A stretch of DNA of 64,000 nucleotides from Callorhinchus milii (lineage: Eukaryota), in assembly GCF_018977255.1 (NCBI RefSeq), contig NW_024704742.1:29824001-29888000 (forward strand), read 5' to 3'. This document shows positions 51,560 through 64,000 of the stretch, one piece after another. Under the pieces are notes generated by a model. The model saw nothing but the letters and a program-made list of their open reading frames with translations. It did no database searches and had not been told where the DNA came from. The first letter of the stretch is position 1, and every line of letters starts with the position of its first letter. The position numbers and the translations under genes were made by a program.

Positions 51560-52134
51560 AGAGAGTGGGGGGAGGGGGCAGATCCCCAGGAAGGGGAGGA
51601 CACAGATTTAGTAGATGCAAGATCCCCCCCCAGAGAGAGAGAGAGAGAGAGAGATTGCAGGGTCTGCACAATGACATTGCTGTGTGTGAACATGGAGCCC
51701 CTGTTGTTGCAATGCACTGGGTTTACAGTGTAGCTGTGTATCCCCATTAGATCAGCACTGCATACATGGTATGTCTGGGCTGCACTGGAGCAAGATGATG
51801 TTGTGCTGACCTGACCATACCAAAACATCTCATTTCAAAACCAAACATGACCTTGTCTCTGATTCGACGATTTATTTTTTTTCATTCAAAAATATAGGGA
51901 TTCCCCATTTACTTACTTCTTTTTTTATTTTTTTAAATTTTTTTTTACTTTTGCTTTTGGTTCGACTGTTGTTCGTGGGTTCAGTTCGACTTGGGTTCAG
52001 TTCGGTGCTTTAAAGGCAGGAGGATTCCTAGATTGGTGTTTGATCGCATTTCGGGCTATTTTGATAAGCCGAATGAAATCAAATATTTTATAGCCTCAGG
52101 CGCTCACTGTGCGTGGTTGCACACTCCGCCTTGC

Positions 52135-53150
52135 ATAGCCAGTCCCGAACCTTGTTTGACCCTCAACTAGCCTTTCTACCCCACATCTGTGCCGTGACAC
52201 GCTCTGCCTTCCCCCACCTCCACAACGTCGCCCGGCTCTGCCACTGTCTCACACCACAGGCCTCTGAAACCCTCATACAGACATTCATAACATCGAGGCT
52301 TAACTATGCAAACTCCCTGCTTGTCGGCCTCTCCATTTCCTCCCTCCACAGGCTGCAGATCATCCAGAACTCTGCAGCCCGTGTCCTCTCTCGCACCAGG
52401 CTCCGTGACCCTATCATCCCCACAATAATAATAATAAATAATATTTATGATATGATAATCCTTACATTTGATACAGCGTATATTTGTTGGCGAAACACGG
52501 CAGCCAATTGTGCACAGCAGTGTCCCACAAATAGTTGTAGATTGAAAATGATCAATTTATTATTGTTTTGGTTTTTTGGAGGGATTATTATCAGGCGTGT
52601 GGAGTAAGGAAACTTACCCAAGGTGTCGCCCTGCCTGGAATTGAACCCAGGTGTCTCGCTTGCAAGGCGAGTGCTTTAACCACTGAGCTACAGGACTCCA
52701 TCCTCGCCCAACTCCACTGGCTTCCCATCACACAGAGGATACAATTCAACATCCTGGTCCTCACCTTCAAAGACCTCCATGATCTTGTTAACCCCTACCT
52801 CTGGACTTCCGAACCCCCTACCATCCTGCTCGCTCCCTCCGCTCAGCGGGCTCTGCCTGCTTCACATCCCCCGCCTTGCTCGCCCTACTATTGGCGGGCG
52901 GGCCTTCTGCCACTCTGCCCCCACCCTCTGGAACTCCATCTCGCAGTCCCTTACCTCCTTCAAGACCCATCTCAAGACCTACTCTTCGACCATGCTTTCG
53001 ATTACACTGCTTCCCCCCACTGCCCTCCACCCTCCCCGATCCAAACCCCCAGCTCGAGTCCGAAACTCTGTCCAGCACCTTGAGACGTCCTCTGGACATG
53101 AAAGGCTCTATACAAATGTAATTTTGTTGTTGTTGTTGTTATTGTTGTTA
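52135..53150 (+). mobile_element. Old L2 3' region with an antisense tRNA SINE nested at about 52424-52696
   Basis: [24 protein letters not shown] is interrupted by the SINE and resumes as LAQLHWLPITQRIQFNILVLTFK. Confidence 0.9.
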
Positions 53151-54302
53151 TAGGCACAAGTGCAGTTATACCAGTGCTCTCTTCCTCCTGAAATCATTAA
53201 GGAAATCCTGAGGTGGTTTGATCTATAGGATTTTCTGTGTCTAATCATACGAGGATCTCTTCTGTGGCCCCCCATGTGAATTTCGCGTCCCTATCCAGTG
53301 CTGAGCTTGAATTATGTACTATATATAGCTGTGCCTATGCTGTGATGTGTTCCATGTCATCCTTGCAGCCATCAAAGCAGTTTTATGGAAATGAGCTTTT
53401 TTTGGATGGTCTTACCACTAATGACAAACATCAATTGGTGTGGAATCACAGCATAAACCATCAGCAGGTACAAGAGGTTTTTGCAAGTTAATAATAGTAT
53501 TACTACTGATAATAATAATAACCATTGCCTTTAGCATCTTGAAATGCTTTTTTTGTAAATTGTTGTGATTGTGTGTTTTGTTAGGCAAATACAGTTGCCA
53601 ATTTGCACACAACAATGTCCCAGAAGCAGTCATGAAGTGAATGAGCAACATTATCAGGAGGATTATTGGACAGGACACCGGGGAAAACTCTGATCTCTTT
53701 TCAAATAGTGCCATGGTATATTTAACAACAACAACAACAACTTGGATTTATACAGCGCCCTCCACGCCGGACGGTGTCTCAGAGCGCTTCCAATAATGAA
53801 GCATGCCCCCAGCACTGCACTAATCTTGTTGACAGGGAGCTATATAAACTTAGAACTAATTCAGGACCATTTTGTGTTTACAAATTTAAGATCACGCAGA
53901 ATCGTAGAACATTCTTCAATTCAGTCTTTATTTTGGAGCCAGTTTTCCACAGTTCTTAAAAACAACCGGCTTCTAAATTAAGAGTCAATTGAAGGATCTT
54001 AAGACAAAATTCTCTTAAATGTTGAAATTTGAGCCAAGATGTCCACACATGTATACATACTTTCCAGGAAATGTCACTTGATACTGATCAGGAGCAGTAA
54101 TCTTACTTAAATTCTCTTTTCTAACCCAGTTTTACTGGGGTGCTAAGGAAAATTGCAATGTTACTGGCTGAGTTTAGCTAACCCAGCACAGAGAAGGAAT
54201 GAACATTTACCAGCTGAGCCTTTGCGGGAATTGACACAAACTATCACTAAATATTCTTTTGGGATACAAAGACCTTAATCATATTGTTTCTCTCCAATGT
54301 AG

Positions 54303-54374
54303 CAGATTCTAGACCAAGGATCTTCAATTCAGAACTAGAAAGTGACCAGTTCAATATGAATGCAGATATGGAAG
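54303..54374 (+). CDS. SCOC: SCOC coding exon 2; the short-isoform ATG is at 54356
   Basis: Translates (A)DSRPRIFNSELESDQFNMNADME. Acceptor TAG|CAG|, donor AAG|GTATAG. MNADM matches the SCOC short-isoform start. Confidence 0.9.
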
Positions 54375-54808
54375 GTATAGTATAAAGTACCAGGTCTGTT
54401 GTTTCTTTCAGAATGCCTAAAATCTCTACTTGTACCTTTCCCTTTTCCCAGTAAGGATTGCTGTCTAGGATCCATTACAGCAATTCATGATGATATACGG
54501 TGGGGGGCATCTGGCTGTAGCCAGCATTTCTAAACATAAAATAGAGGCCACAGAAGCGATTGAGAAACAATTAGTTGTTTTTTTATATAACATATTCATT
54601 GCAGGATTCAGTAAAATTCATAGAATCTACAGCATCCAAATAGGCCATTCAGCTCAACTGGTCTGAGCTGGTGTTTATATTCTGCACCCATTCTAATTCA
54701 CTCCCTTCCCCCAGCCTCCCCCCATATCCTTCTATTCCCATCTCCTTTCTGTATGCATTGAGTTGCCTCTTAAATGCGTTGATGCTTTCTGCTTCAATTA
54801 CAGCTTCT

Positions 54809-55117
54809 AATAATAATAATAATAATAATAATCCTTGCATTTGATATAGCGCTTTTCACGTCGGGAGGACGTCCCAAAGCGCTTCACAGAACATACTGCA
54901 AAGTGAATTGACTGTATATTTGTGGGCGAACGCGGCAGCCAATTGCGCACAGCAATGTCCCACAAACAGTCGTAGATTGAAAATGACCAATTAATTATTG
55001 TTTTTGGTTTTTTTTTGAAGGGATTATTATTAGGCGTGTGGAGTAAGGAAACTTGCCCAAGGTTTCGCCCTCTGCCTGGAATTGAACTCAGGTCTCTCAC
55101 TTGCAAAGCGAGTGCTC
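54809..55117 (-). mobile_element. Young tRNA SINE whose head ends in a fold-back
   Basis: Close to the 30638 copy; CpGs largely intact. Confidence 0.9.
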
Positions 55118-56307
55118 TGCAAGTGAGAGACCTGAGTTGAGTTCCACATCCTCACCACCTCCTATATAAGGAGATTCGCCATAAACACTCAGACACTCAA
55201 TCCTTGGCATTCTGACAGAAATATTTGTGTCTCTTGCTGGGAAACAAGGGATGAAAGGACTTACACACAGGAAACAGTGAATACAAGACCTAGCAAACAA
55301 AGTAAAGTCATGAGTAAAGGATGGCCGGCCTTGAAGGAAGAGATATACCCAAGCCAGGGATACCGTAAAACCACATAACGATGTTTAATAACACCTAGAA
55401 CTATGACTTGTTCCATATAAGGTCAAGACTGTACACTGCAATAATGTCGATTTATCTAATCAACCATTTAGAACAGAAAATGATGTGGGCAGCAGAACAT
55501 TTTGTTTAATGGGTAAATATATATATTTTTAAAACTTTTATTTTTGTTTTCTGAAACTATAGTTAATTATTATTACAGTAAAAAAACACACAAAAAACAA
55601 TTCCTAAATGGTGTAGAGAGGCTCTGTTTTGAGACGACAGTATGTATATAAATATATATACAGAACTCTCTAAATAAAAAGAAAGATTACAAGAATGGGA
55701 ATAGGTTTCATGCTCAAAGTAAAAAGCAACACTCCCCCCCCCCCCCCCCCCCACCCATCCCCCACTTGCCCACACACGTACATGCATTTGTAATGCAGGT
55801 CAGAGAGAGGAGATCCTAAGATGTTTATATACCCAGAAGGAAGAAAGGAAATTAGCGCGGAAGATGTGTGAAGGCCGCAGCCCAAATGCTCCAGAGTCAG
55901 TAAGCAGAGAGGCTTTAGGGTCTCGAGTATGCAAACCACCACCCATTAAATTATAAGTTTTCAAATGTTTTAATCCATTACTGTCCAGTGTCTTGGGACG
56001 TGCTCCCGGCGTGAAAGGTTCTATACAAATATAATTTGTTTTTTCAAAATACTCTTTGTGTTTAATCATTCTTTTATAACTATGCTGCGCATTCTAATTC
56101 TAGTTTAACAATTCAATTTAATTATTAATGTACCCTGTAAGGATGGTGAGTTAGGGAGGAAAGTCGCAATGAATGTAAGCTCTAACTCCAATATAATTCT
56201 CATTTTTAAACAGCAGCTCTCCTATAATGAGTTAAATCCCTGAGTCTGTGCATTCATTCACTGATTTTGATTTGAAAATATTGTGTAATTTTTCTGTCAC
56301 TTTACAG

Positions 56308-56391
56308 CAACCGACCCTGAGAACCAAGTAGAATTAGAAGAGAAGACACGGCTGATTAATCAGGTTCTGGAGCTTCAACACACTTTAGAAG
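56308..56391 (+). CDS. SCOC: SCOC coding exon 3
   Basis: Translates (A)TDPENQVELEEKTRLINQVLELQHTLE. Acceptor TTTACAG|, donor AAG|GTAACT. Confidence 0.97.
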
Positions 56392-57603
56392 GTAACTGAA
56401 CTTCTTCAAATGCTGTGGTGTGCGCCCACTGTGCATGTTAAAGAAGATCAATCAACCCTAGAGTGAATGTTGAGATATCTCTATGCGTGCGGCCAGTGGT
56501 AGAATGGAATGGACTATGGTTGGGAATCGCTGCAGCCTGTCTTATTTGGTAGCACTCTTGCCTCTAGGTAGAGGACGTCAAGCAAATAGCCTAGGCTGAC
56601 CAATGCAGGGTTGGGGAATGCTGCATTGTCAGAGGTGTCATGCCTTTGGGTAAGACATTAAATTGAGGTACCATCTGACTGTTCAGGTGGATGTTAAAGA
56701 TCCCATGGTAGTATGAAAAAAGAGAAGGGAGTTTCTCCCAGTCTGTTGGCCAACAATCCTCTGGATAAAATTGGTTATTTACTTCATGGTGCATTGATGT
56801 GTACAAATTGGGTGCTGCATTTGCCCACAGATGCAGTCACTGCACTTTACAGAAACAATGGTCAAAATGAGAATTGCCAATTGCAGAGAGCCTTACAATT
56901 TGTTCGTGTCAAACCAATGGCCGAGGGAGGTGGTACATTAACTGTGGTCTAACTGAGAACTGAGTATATTTGAGTGAAATTTGGGACTTACAAACTTGTC
57001 CATTCTCATTGGAGTCGAAATCTTTAACTCTGGTAGATCAGAGAGCTTTTCAATTGGAACATATCCTGAAGATTACTGATCTAATCATAGTGAAATGTGA
57101 GCCACTTTGTGCACAGCAATGTCCCAGAAACAGCCAGGTGGTAAATGACTGGAGGATTGTTGGTCAGGATACCAGGAGAAACTCCCTTCTCCTTTCAAAC
57201 AGTGTTGTTTGATGTTTTATGTCTGTCTGAATAGTCAGACAGGACAACAACCAAATTACATTTATATAGCACCTTTCACGCCGGAAGGATGTCCCAAGGT
57301 GATGGAAGGAGGCAAGGGAGGGGGCGAGGTGGTGGGACTGTGGGATGGAGTTCCAGAGAGCAGAAAAGCTGAAGGCCCGACCCCCAAAGGTTGGGTGGGC
57401 AGGTCGTGGACAAGAACCAGGTCCTTAACTTAATGACAACCTAATGACCCAGAAGTGCTAACTGACGACCATTTTCATAGTTATAATGCGGGGATCTGAT
57501 TTTATGGACCTAAGTGCCCCGTTATAATGGTGTGAAACTGTTTTGAAACTTCGTGTGATGCACAATGACCACACACCTCAGCATTTTCTCCTTGGTCCCC
57601 CAG

Positions 57604-57746
57604 ACCTGTCTGCACGAGTGGACGCAGTTAAAGAAGAAAACCTGAAACTGAAGTCTGAAAATCAAGTCCTTGGACAATACATAGAAAATCTCATGTCAGC
57701 CTCTAGTGTTTTCCAGACAACAGAGACAAAAAGCAAAAGAAAGTAA
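57604..57746 (+). CDS. SCOC: SCOC terminal coding exon; the spliced CDS is 366 nt, 121 aa
   Basis: Translates (D)[46 protein letters not shown]. Acceptor CCCCCAG|. Confidence 0.97.
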
Positions 57747-58394
57747 GGGCTGGTTTGATTCAAAAGCGATCAGATAGTGCTGTAAATATCCTGTCTTTGT
57801 TTCTAGAATGCCGCAATCTATTTAGTTTATTAGTACTGAATGTTAGTGTAACATCAATGACCTGGAATGTGTGTTTGTGTGTGCGATTTTTTTTTAAAGT
57901 TGCTCTATCTAATTTATCTAATAAATCAATCCTTCACCCCTAAAAATACTTTTTTCAAAAAACATTGATGTACATAGGAATCCTCCTCAATAACATGTTT
58001 ATGCCAGAATAATATGTCCTAGTAATATCTGTTAGGCCAATTTGGACGACAGTTTTTGAAATTGATACCAGGATTATTGTGATTGTTACAACATACTCTT
58101 AGGATTTTAATGACTGCCTTGTGTGTTTCTGAAAGGGATTCTGCAACTTTAATACTGCTTCCAGGATTTCAGTCCATTCTGTGTGTTGCTGATAGCTTAG
58201 TTCTGATTTTCAGGCACCCAGTATAGTTTAGGTTAAGTTTAAGTGCAATATGACATTGTTGTTAGTTATTGATAGTAGGAAATTGATGTTCTTAACTTTG
58301 TAAATCTGGTTGGCAAATTGGTACCCTGTGGCCTTTATGTGTGTACAGTGATACTGTGTTCATAATCCTACACTTTCCCATATGCATTTGTCAT

Positions 58395-58400
58395 AATAAA
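58395..58400 (+). terminator. Probable SCOC polyadenylation signal; an alternative AATAAA is at 57920
   Basis: AATAAA followed by a T/GT-rich tract, ending about 650 nt of repeat-free 3' UTR-like sequence. Confidence 0.6.
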
Positions 58401-61400
58401 ACAATAGCTTTGTTTTGTAAGATACAGTGTCTACTTGGATTCAAACTAAATGTGTGACTTTTTTCGCCCAAAATATGGTTGGAGACATGGAATGGGGTGA
58501 GGGGGTGAGTAGTTTCTGAAGTGGATGGGCAATTAGATACAGGATGCAGAGGGTAGTTGTACATGGAGCTGTGGTGGCATGAATTAAGGGGACTTATGGG
58601 GAAACACGGGGACCTTATTCAGAGGGAACTGTGTAGATTGGAAGGGCGGGCTGGCCAGTGCCAGATGTCTTTTAATGAGAACAAATGCAATGTAATGAGC
58701 CTGGGGAAGGGGAATAAGCAATGGGAATGTTAAACTAAACAGTAATAGATTACAGGACACAACACATCAGTGGGATCAGGAGGTGCTGGGGGATAGCACA
58801 CTGAATCAATGTGCGGCAGCAATAAAGAAAGTAAACAAGATCAGTTTCTGGTCCTGCACATTTCTGTAAAGGATGGGATATTGCTCTGTGTCCTACATGA
58901 GTGCTCCTATCTAGCCAGCCACCAGTCAGTTCTTCAGGTTTACTGGATATTCACTTCCTTTAAGGGGAAATGCAGTATCCTATGGGAACACAATTGAGAG
59001 CAGGAGCTGCTCACGTGGGGGCAAAGTGAGACTCCATGTTATAGTGTGTTAGAACATTTCTGGTGAGGAGGGGGATGCAAGCCATTTGTAAAGAAAGTTG
59101 CAACATGAAATATTCTGCGTGGTAAAGGTCAATTTCTCCAGCATTATTATTTTTCACCTTGATGAACGCAAGTTACCTGAAAGGTTCACATCCATCTAAA
59201 TGGTGTGAATTAAAATAAATTGAGATCCTGTACAATATAACAATGGTTCTCTTGGGTACAATGCTGTATATTACCAGGGTTCATAAGTATTGATATAGGA
59301 TGTTGCTCTGGGGAGAAGCACAATGATTTATGGATATCCTGTGAATCCCCATGAGTGATTGAACACAGCCTGCATAATGGTCAAACCTGCTATTAATAGT
59401 TTATCCATCAATCAATAATAAGTGGCATTAGTTCAGTTCTTGGTTTTTAATAATAAAGAACAAGTACTGTATGCAGTTCATTAAATTTCACAACTGCTTA
59501 TCCCAAAAAGAGACAACCTGATCAACCATGATCTGTACAGTAATAAGACTGCACTTTCATCAATTTTCATTTGCAACTTTAAAGGGGTCCGTAGTGCAAG
59601 ATTGTGGTATGCTTTCCACATGAGCTAAAAGCAGCTTAATTTGGTTTCATTCTTTTCCCTCTCCACTTTCTCCCCTTTCCTGAAGCATTTGACCCATGAT
59701 TCCTTCTACAAGGGTAGGTTCTAGGGTTATTTTCTGGTGTCCTAGCTAAGTAGCTATTACACATGTGTGACTCGTGACAGTAAATGTTGGCAGGCTATTC
59801 AATTGCAAGGGGCTGAGGGGACTCACAACCAAATCTGATCCTCTTCTCATCCAAAGTCCCTGTTAATGCACCTTTCAGAAGAAGCCACTGGATGGCGATC
59901 GGGAGCAGGAAGAACACTGAAACCTCCCTAACCCACTTATTAAGGCAAATCCCTTCACTTCACAGGGTCTACTGTAAAGTGGAGTCACTGTGTATTGTTT
60001 GGTTGAATTCAGCAGCCAATTTGCACTCAGCAATGTCCCACAAACAGTCATGAAATGAATGACCAGTTTTGTCTGGGGGATTGTTGCCCAGGAAACTGGG
60101 AGAAACTCCCTGCTCTTTTTGAATAGCGCTATGGGATCTTTAACCTCCGCCTGATCAAAACAAACAAATCCCTTATTGATTTAATGTCTCATCTGAAGGA
60201 TGGAACTTCCAAAAACTCATGCTCCCAAGTGTATGTGGAGTGTCAGTCAAGACTGTGAGCACAAAACCCTGACATAAAGTGTATTGTTTGTTTTTATTTT
60301 GGGCTCCCCTTGGCTTCATTGGAACATATGTTTCCTGTTGTATAGTATTTGTTTCCTGTTGTATTGTTTGGTAAGTACGGTACCTTTTGTAAGACATCAT
60401 ATTTGTACATAGTTATTTTTAAGCACTCTTGAGAAGTTACCCTGTGTGAGGGGCGCTATAAAAACACAAGTTATTGTGTACTAACCAAGAAGCAGTTGTA
60501 TGTTAACAACAACTTACATTTACACAATGCCCTTCATGCATCCAGGAGCACTTTAAAAACTAAAGCACCCCAATTGTAGGCATGAGTGTTTGGCTTCCTC
60601 CTCTGCTTTTCTCCCCCTCCTCACCCCTGTGCTAAGCACCACTTCCTAGTCAAGCAGTCTTTCAGAGACCTGTTAACAGGCTGCTATCAGTTGTGGATTG
60701 ATTTGCCAACCGGAGGCAAGTGAAAAGCAAACCAGCTCAAATTGCCTATCAATTTAACAATCTTGGCAGACAAATGCCTACAGTATTCCTACTGGTTGGA
60801 AAATGTAACGCATCAGTGTGAGTTTATAATGGGAAAGTTTACACCATCAGTGTCAATCAGTATTTCTGTTATAGCAGTGATCAGATATGTTCTCTGACAA
60901 GGTTGTTTTATCAGCAGACAATTGGAGAATCACCCCCTAGCTTGAGTTCACAAGAACAGGATGAAATTATGATCTGAGAAAGCAGCAAGCTATTTTGGTC
61001 TTTCTGTGATACAAAAGATTTCAAAGAAGACCAAATAAAATAGAATCTGACATGATGTTATTCCTAGCTTTTACACAGTGTGTGGGATGCACAACTCAAT
61101 GGGATGGGTTTGAGTCCTGAAAGTTGTGTTGCAGACATTTTGCACTGTCATTTTTTGCAGACTCTAGTCCCTAACTGTACTATTCTGTGCATTTACTAGC
61201 TACTACTTTAGATTTGGAATTTCCTGAATTATTTCAATGAGAACTCGCTTGCTCTCTTTATTCTGATTTTTATATTAAAGACGAGACAGCATTATTCCAG
61301 GCTTTATTTAACTCTGCCTCTTTGGTTGGCCAGTTGAGGTCACTACCTTGCGATATATACACTTACCTTTTTGAGTAATTGACTGAAGTTATTTTTTACT

Positions 61401-61968
61401 AGCCTCTTTTCATTGACTCTATGTAATTTTCCCTAGTTCTGCTTTACTACAAATACTATTTGATTAGAAACGTATACTTATTTACTAAGCTGTGGATATT
61501 TTTATTTACCTTTCAGGACTTCTAAAGGCTCCAGGAAAGAAAAATGAGGAGTGTCACTTTTTAACTGGGACTTTTCTGTGTTTGTATCGCTCAGTAACTG
61601 CTATGCGTAGACAGAATAAACATAAAGTGGTTCCATGCTTTTACCATTTCTAAGAGCAGTAAATATCCTTTTTATTCAGTATCTCAAAGACTGAATGCTA
61701 AAACAATCTGATTACGCATACTGCCTCTTAATAGAAAGAGCTGTTCTAGAAACCTGATCTTGTTTACACTGAAACATATTTACAGTTTACAGACTAAATG
61801 TTTCAATTACCAAAATAAAATCAATCCTATGTAAAGACAACCTTTTGATAGAGGCTCTCAAATAAGGTTATTTTACCTTGAGAGAGAATTGTGAGTGAAC
61901 ATTTTTAAGAGTTTTAACATTAAAAAAGGGCTCTGCAAAAGAGATGCTGCATTTTTAACTGAATAATA

Positions 61969-62404
61969 CAGTAAAACCCGCATAAGTTGGATCTGTATAA
62001 ATTGTATAATCGCCTATGTCATAGATAATAATGATAATCCTTGCATTTGATATAGCGTCTTATCACGCCTTCGAGACGTCTCAAAGCGCTTCACAGAATA
62101 TACTGTAAAGTGAATTGACTGTATAGTTGTGGGCGAAACGCAACAGCCAATTGTGCACAGCAGTGTCCCACAAACAGTCATGGATTGAGTGACTTATTAA
62201 TGGCAGTTAATTTGGGAGTTAAATGGGAGTTTGGAGTTCATTATTAATGGGAAATTAAATGGGACTTGGGTAGATGTAAAAAAATTTTTTTTACGTCTAC
62301 CCAAGTCCCATTTAATTTCCCATTAATACATTTCACACAACTCATATTCATAAGTCATATTAAACGTATGGTCCCAACCGATATGACATATGTGAGGTTT
62401 ACTG
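61969..62404. mobile_element. Tc1/mariner-superfamily (Tigger/pogo-like) MITE with a nested SINE (about 62025-62195)
   Basis: Imperfect TIRs CAGTAAAACCCGCATAAGT and ACATATGTGAGGTTTACTG, each flanked by TA. Confidence 0.7.
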
Positions 62405-64000
62405 TATATGGATTTATTAATGCGTACTACTTGAATGTATTTATTTTATTTGTCTTTTCTTTTGTAAAGATGTATAAGTATTCCTATATGTTATGTGCAG
62501 GTGTGTTTGGTGTATCTTGACCCATGTGACTCAATGTCCAGGAGATGCAACTGCAGCATCTTTTGCAGAGAGTGTTAGTTTTCTCTAAAGCATCAATTTG
62601 ACTGCTCTTTCAAGTTAAGTATTATCCCCTTCACTTCCTCCATACATTCTCCCACTCCCCTAAGACCTTTCCAATATAGGAAGGTCTCAGTTGCACACAT
62701 CAATTAAGTTTAACTTATTTCAGAAGTCTGCTGCAACTAATCGGTTTAATTTATTACAGTGGTTTACAATCCTCTCCATTTCATAAAGGAGATAAAAGCA
62801 GTCTTAATAGACTCCAAGTGGTATTCTGTACATGGAAAGTTGTAGCTTACACAGACTAAAATATTTGGAGTTCATTATTTTTAAAAATAAAAGAAACCTT
62901 CCAAAGGAACCATTTAACTCAACCATTCAAATTGGTTGCCCATTTTGGTTGTAAAATGAATAAAGTTGTGTTGATAATAATCTTTGCATTTGATATAGCA
63001 CCTTATCATGTCATTGAGGCATCTCAAAGCACTTCTCAGAATATATTGTACAGTGGATCGACTGCGAATTTTGTGGGCGAAACGTGTTATGGATTTTGAT
63101 CTGTTTGTGCTGTTAAGATGCAAAAGTACAGTGGGCAACTTGGATATAGTGAAACACAAGGTGAATTACAGCAAACCGTGAAACTGATTGGTACATCACA
63201 CCTGCTGCAATGAAGTGAGTACAAGCTTATTGTGAAAATCTGGACATTGTTCAGTCTCTAACGTGCAGTGAAACATGCCCTGAAGGTTAATGGAAACCAG
63301 CAGACATAGAATCATAGAATGCTGCAGCAAACAAACATAAAAGTATTACTGTGCAAAACAATCCCTTAAAAGTTCTCGGACCATTCTTGGGGTACCCGCT
63401 TTCAGAGTGGAGCTGCACTGCTTTGTATTTGTAATACCCGAAGTTTGCTTCACCTCCCACTTGACTCCTGTACAATGAATCAACTTCAAAGTACAATACT
63501 GTATAAATTGGGCATGTGTTGGCCAGCTCTTATAGCAATTATCTTTTCAGGGTCAAACAAGATCTTGTTGTAATGGGATTACATTGGTTTAGATTTACCT
63601 TGCAAACAAAGTCAGTCTTTTAAAACTATTTTGAAGAAAATATGAAAAGGTTTACCAGTTTTTCTGTCTCATAGTCCTTAGGTGGTAATGTTTGGTCAAA
63701 TACCACCTGCACTGGTGGGCACCTGGGTTTCTGTGATACTTGATCAGGGTTTGAGTATGTAGTGTTTCTCCTCTGCTTAAATTATGTTTCAAAAAATACA
63801 TTTTTAACAATGTTGCTATTTGTTGAATTATGCCTGAAGTAGCGAAAACTATCCATCAGATTCCATGTTAACTGGAGTTAACATGTATTGTAACTTTCCC
63901 ATGAATTGATTCTGCAGATGCTTATTTGTGCCTTGAATGAACTGTTCTATCCTGTTCATACAGTCATCCATGTGTACAGTTGGCATTAGTCCAGGAATTT

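Noticed and set aside
57478..57541. TTATAATGCGG...CCCCGTTATAA relic resembling MER131-type ancient repeats
   Set aside because: Too short and degenerate to assign without a database search.
63287..63496. Possible last exon of CLGN, the expected syntenic neighbour
   Set aside because: No frame resembles the acidic/basic calmegin C-terminus.

Overview
Vertebrate genomic DNA, not prokaryotic. The repeat landscape (L2-clade LINEs, Deu-core tRNA SINEs with (ATT)n tails, CR1 ends, Penelope-type palindromes) suggests a cartilaginous fish, possibly a chimaera; this is inference. Two divergently oriented genes are recognisable. MAML3 coding exon 1 lies on the minus strand (2855-2427) among microsatellites. 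A complete four-coding-exon SCOC lies on the plus strand (48240-57746) and includes the N-terminal LIR exon; the ORF track misses most of these exons. The ~45 kb between them is mostly retroelement-derived. Items worth a second look: a ~7 kb degenerate ~30/61-bp tandem array upstream of MAML3; a peroxiredoxin (PRDX1/2-like) fragment fused to an unexplained segment; a hammerhead-like Penelope palindrome; an inverted pair of young L2 copies sharing compensating frameshifts; a snap-back hairpin at a SINE head; and an 87-bp palindrome in a Tigger-like MITE. I found no convincing new multi-gene system. Nearly all long ORFs in the track are microsatellite or LINE artefacts. Repeat boundaries are approximate and were read by eye.
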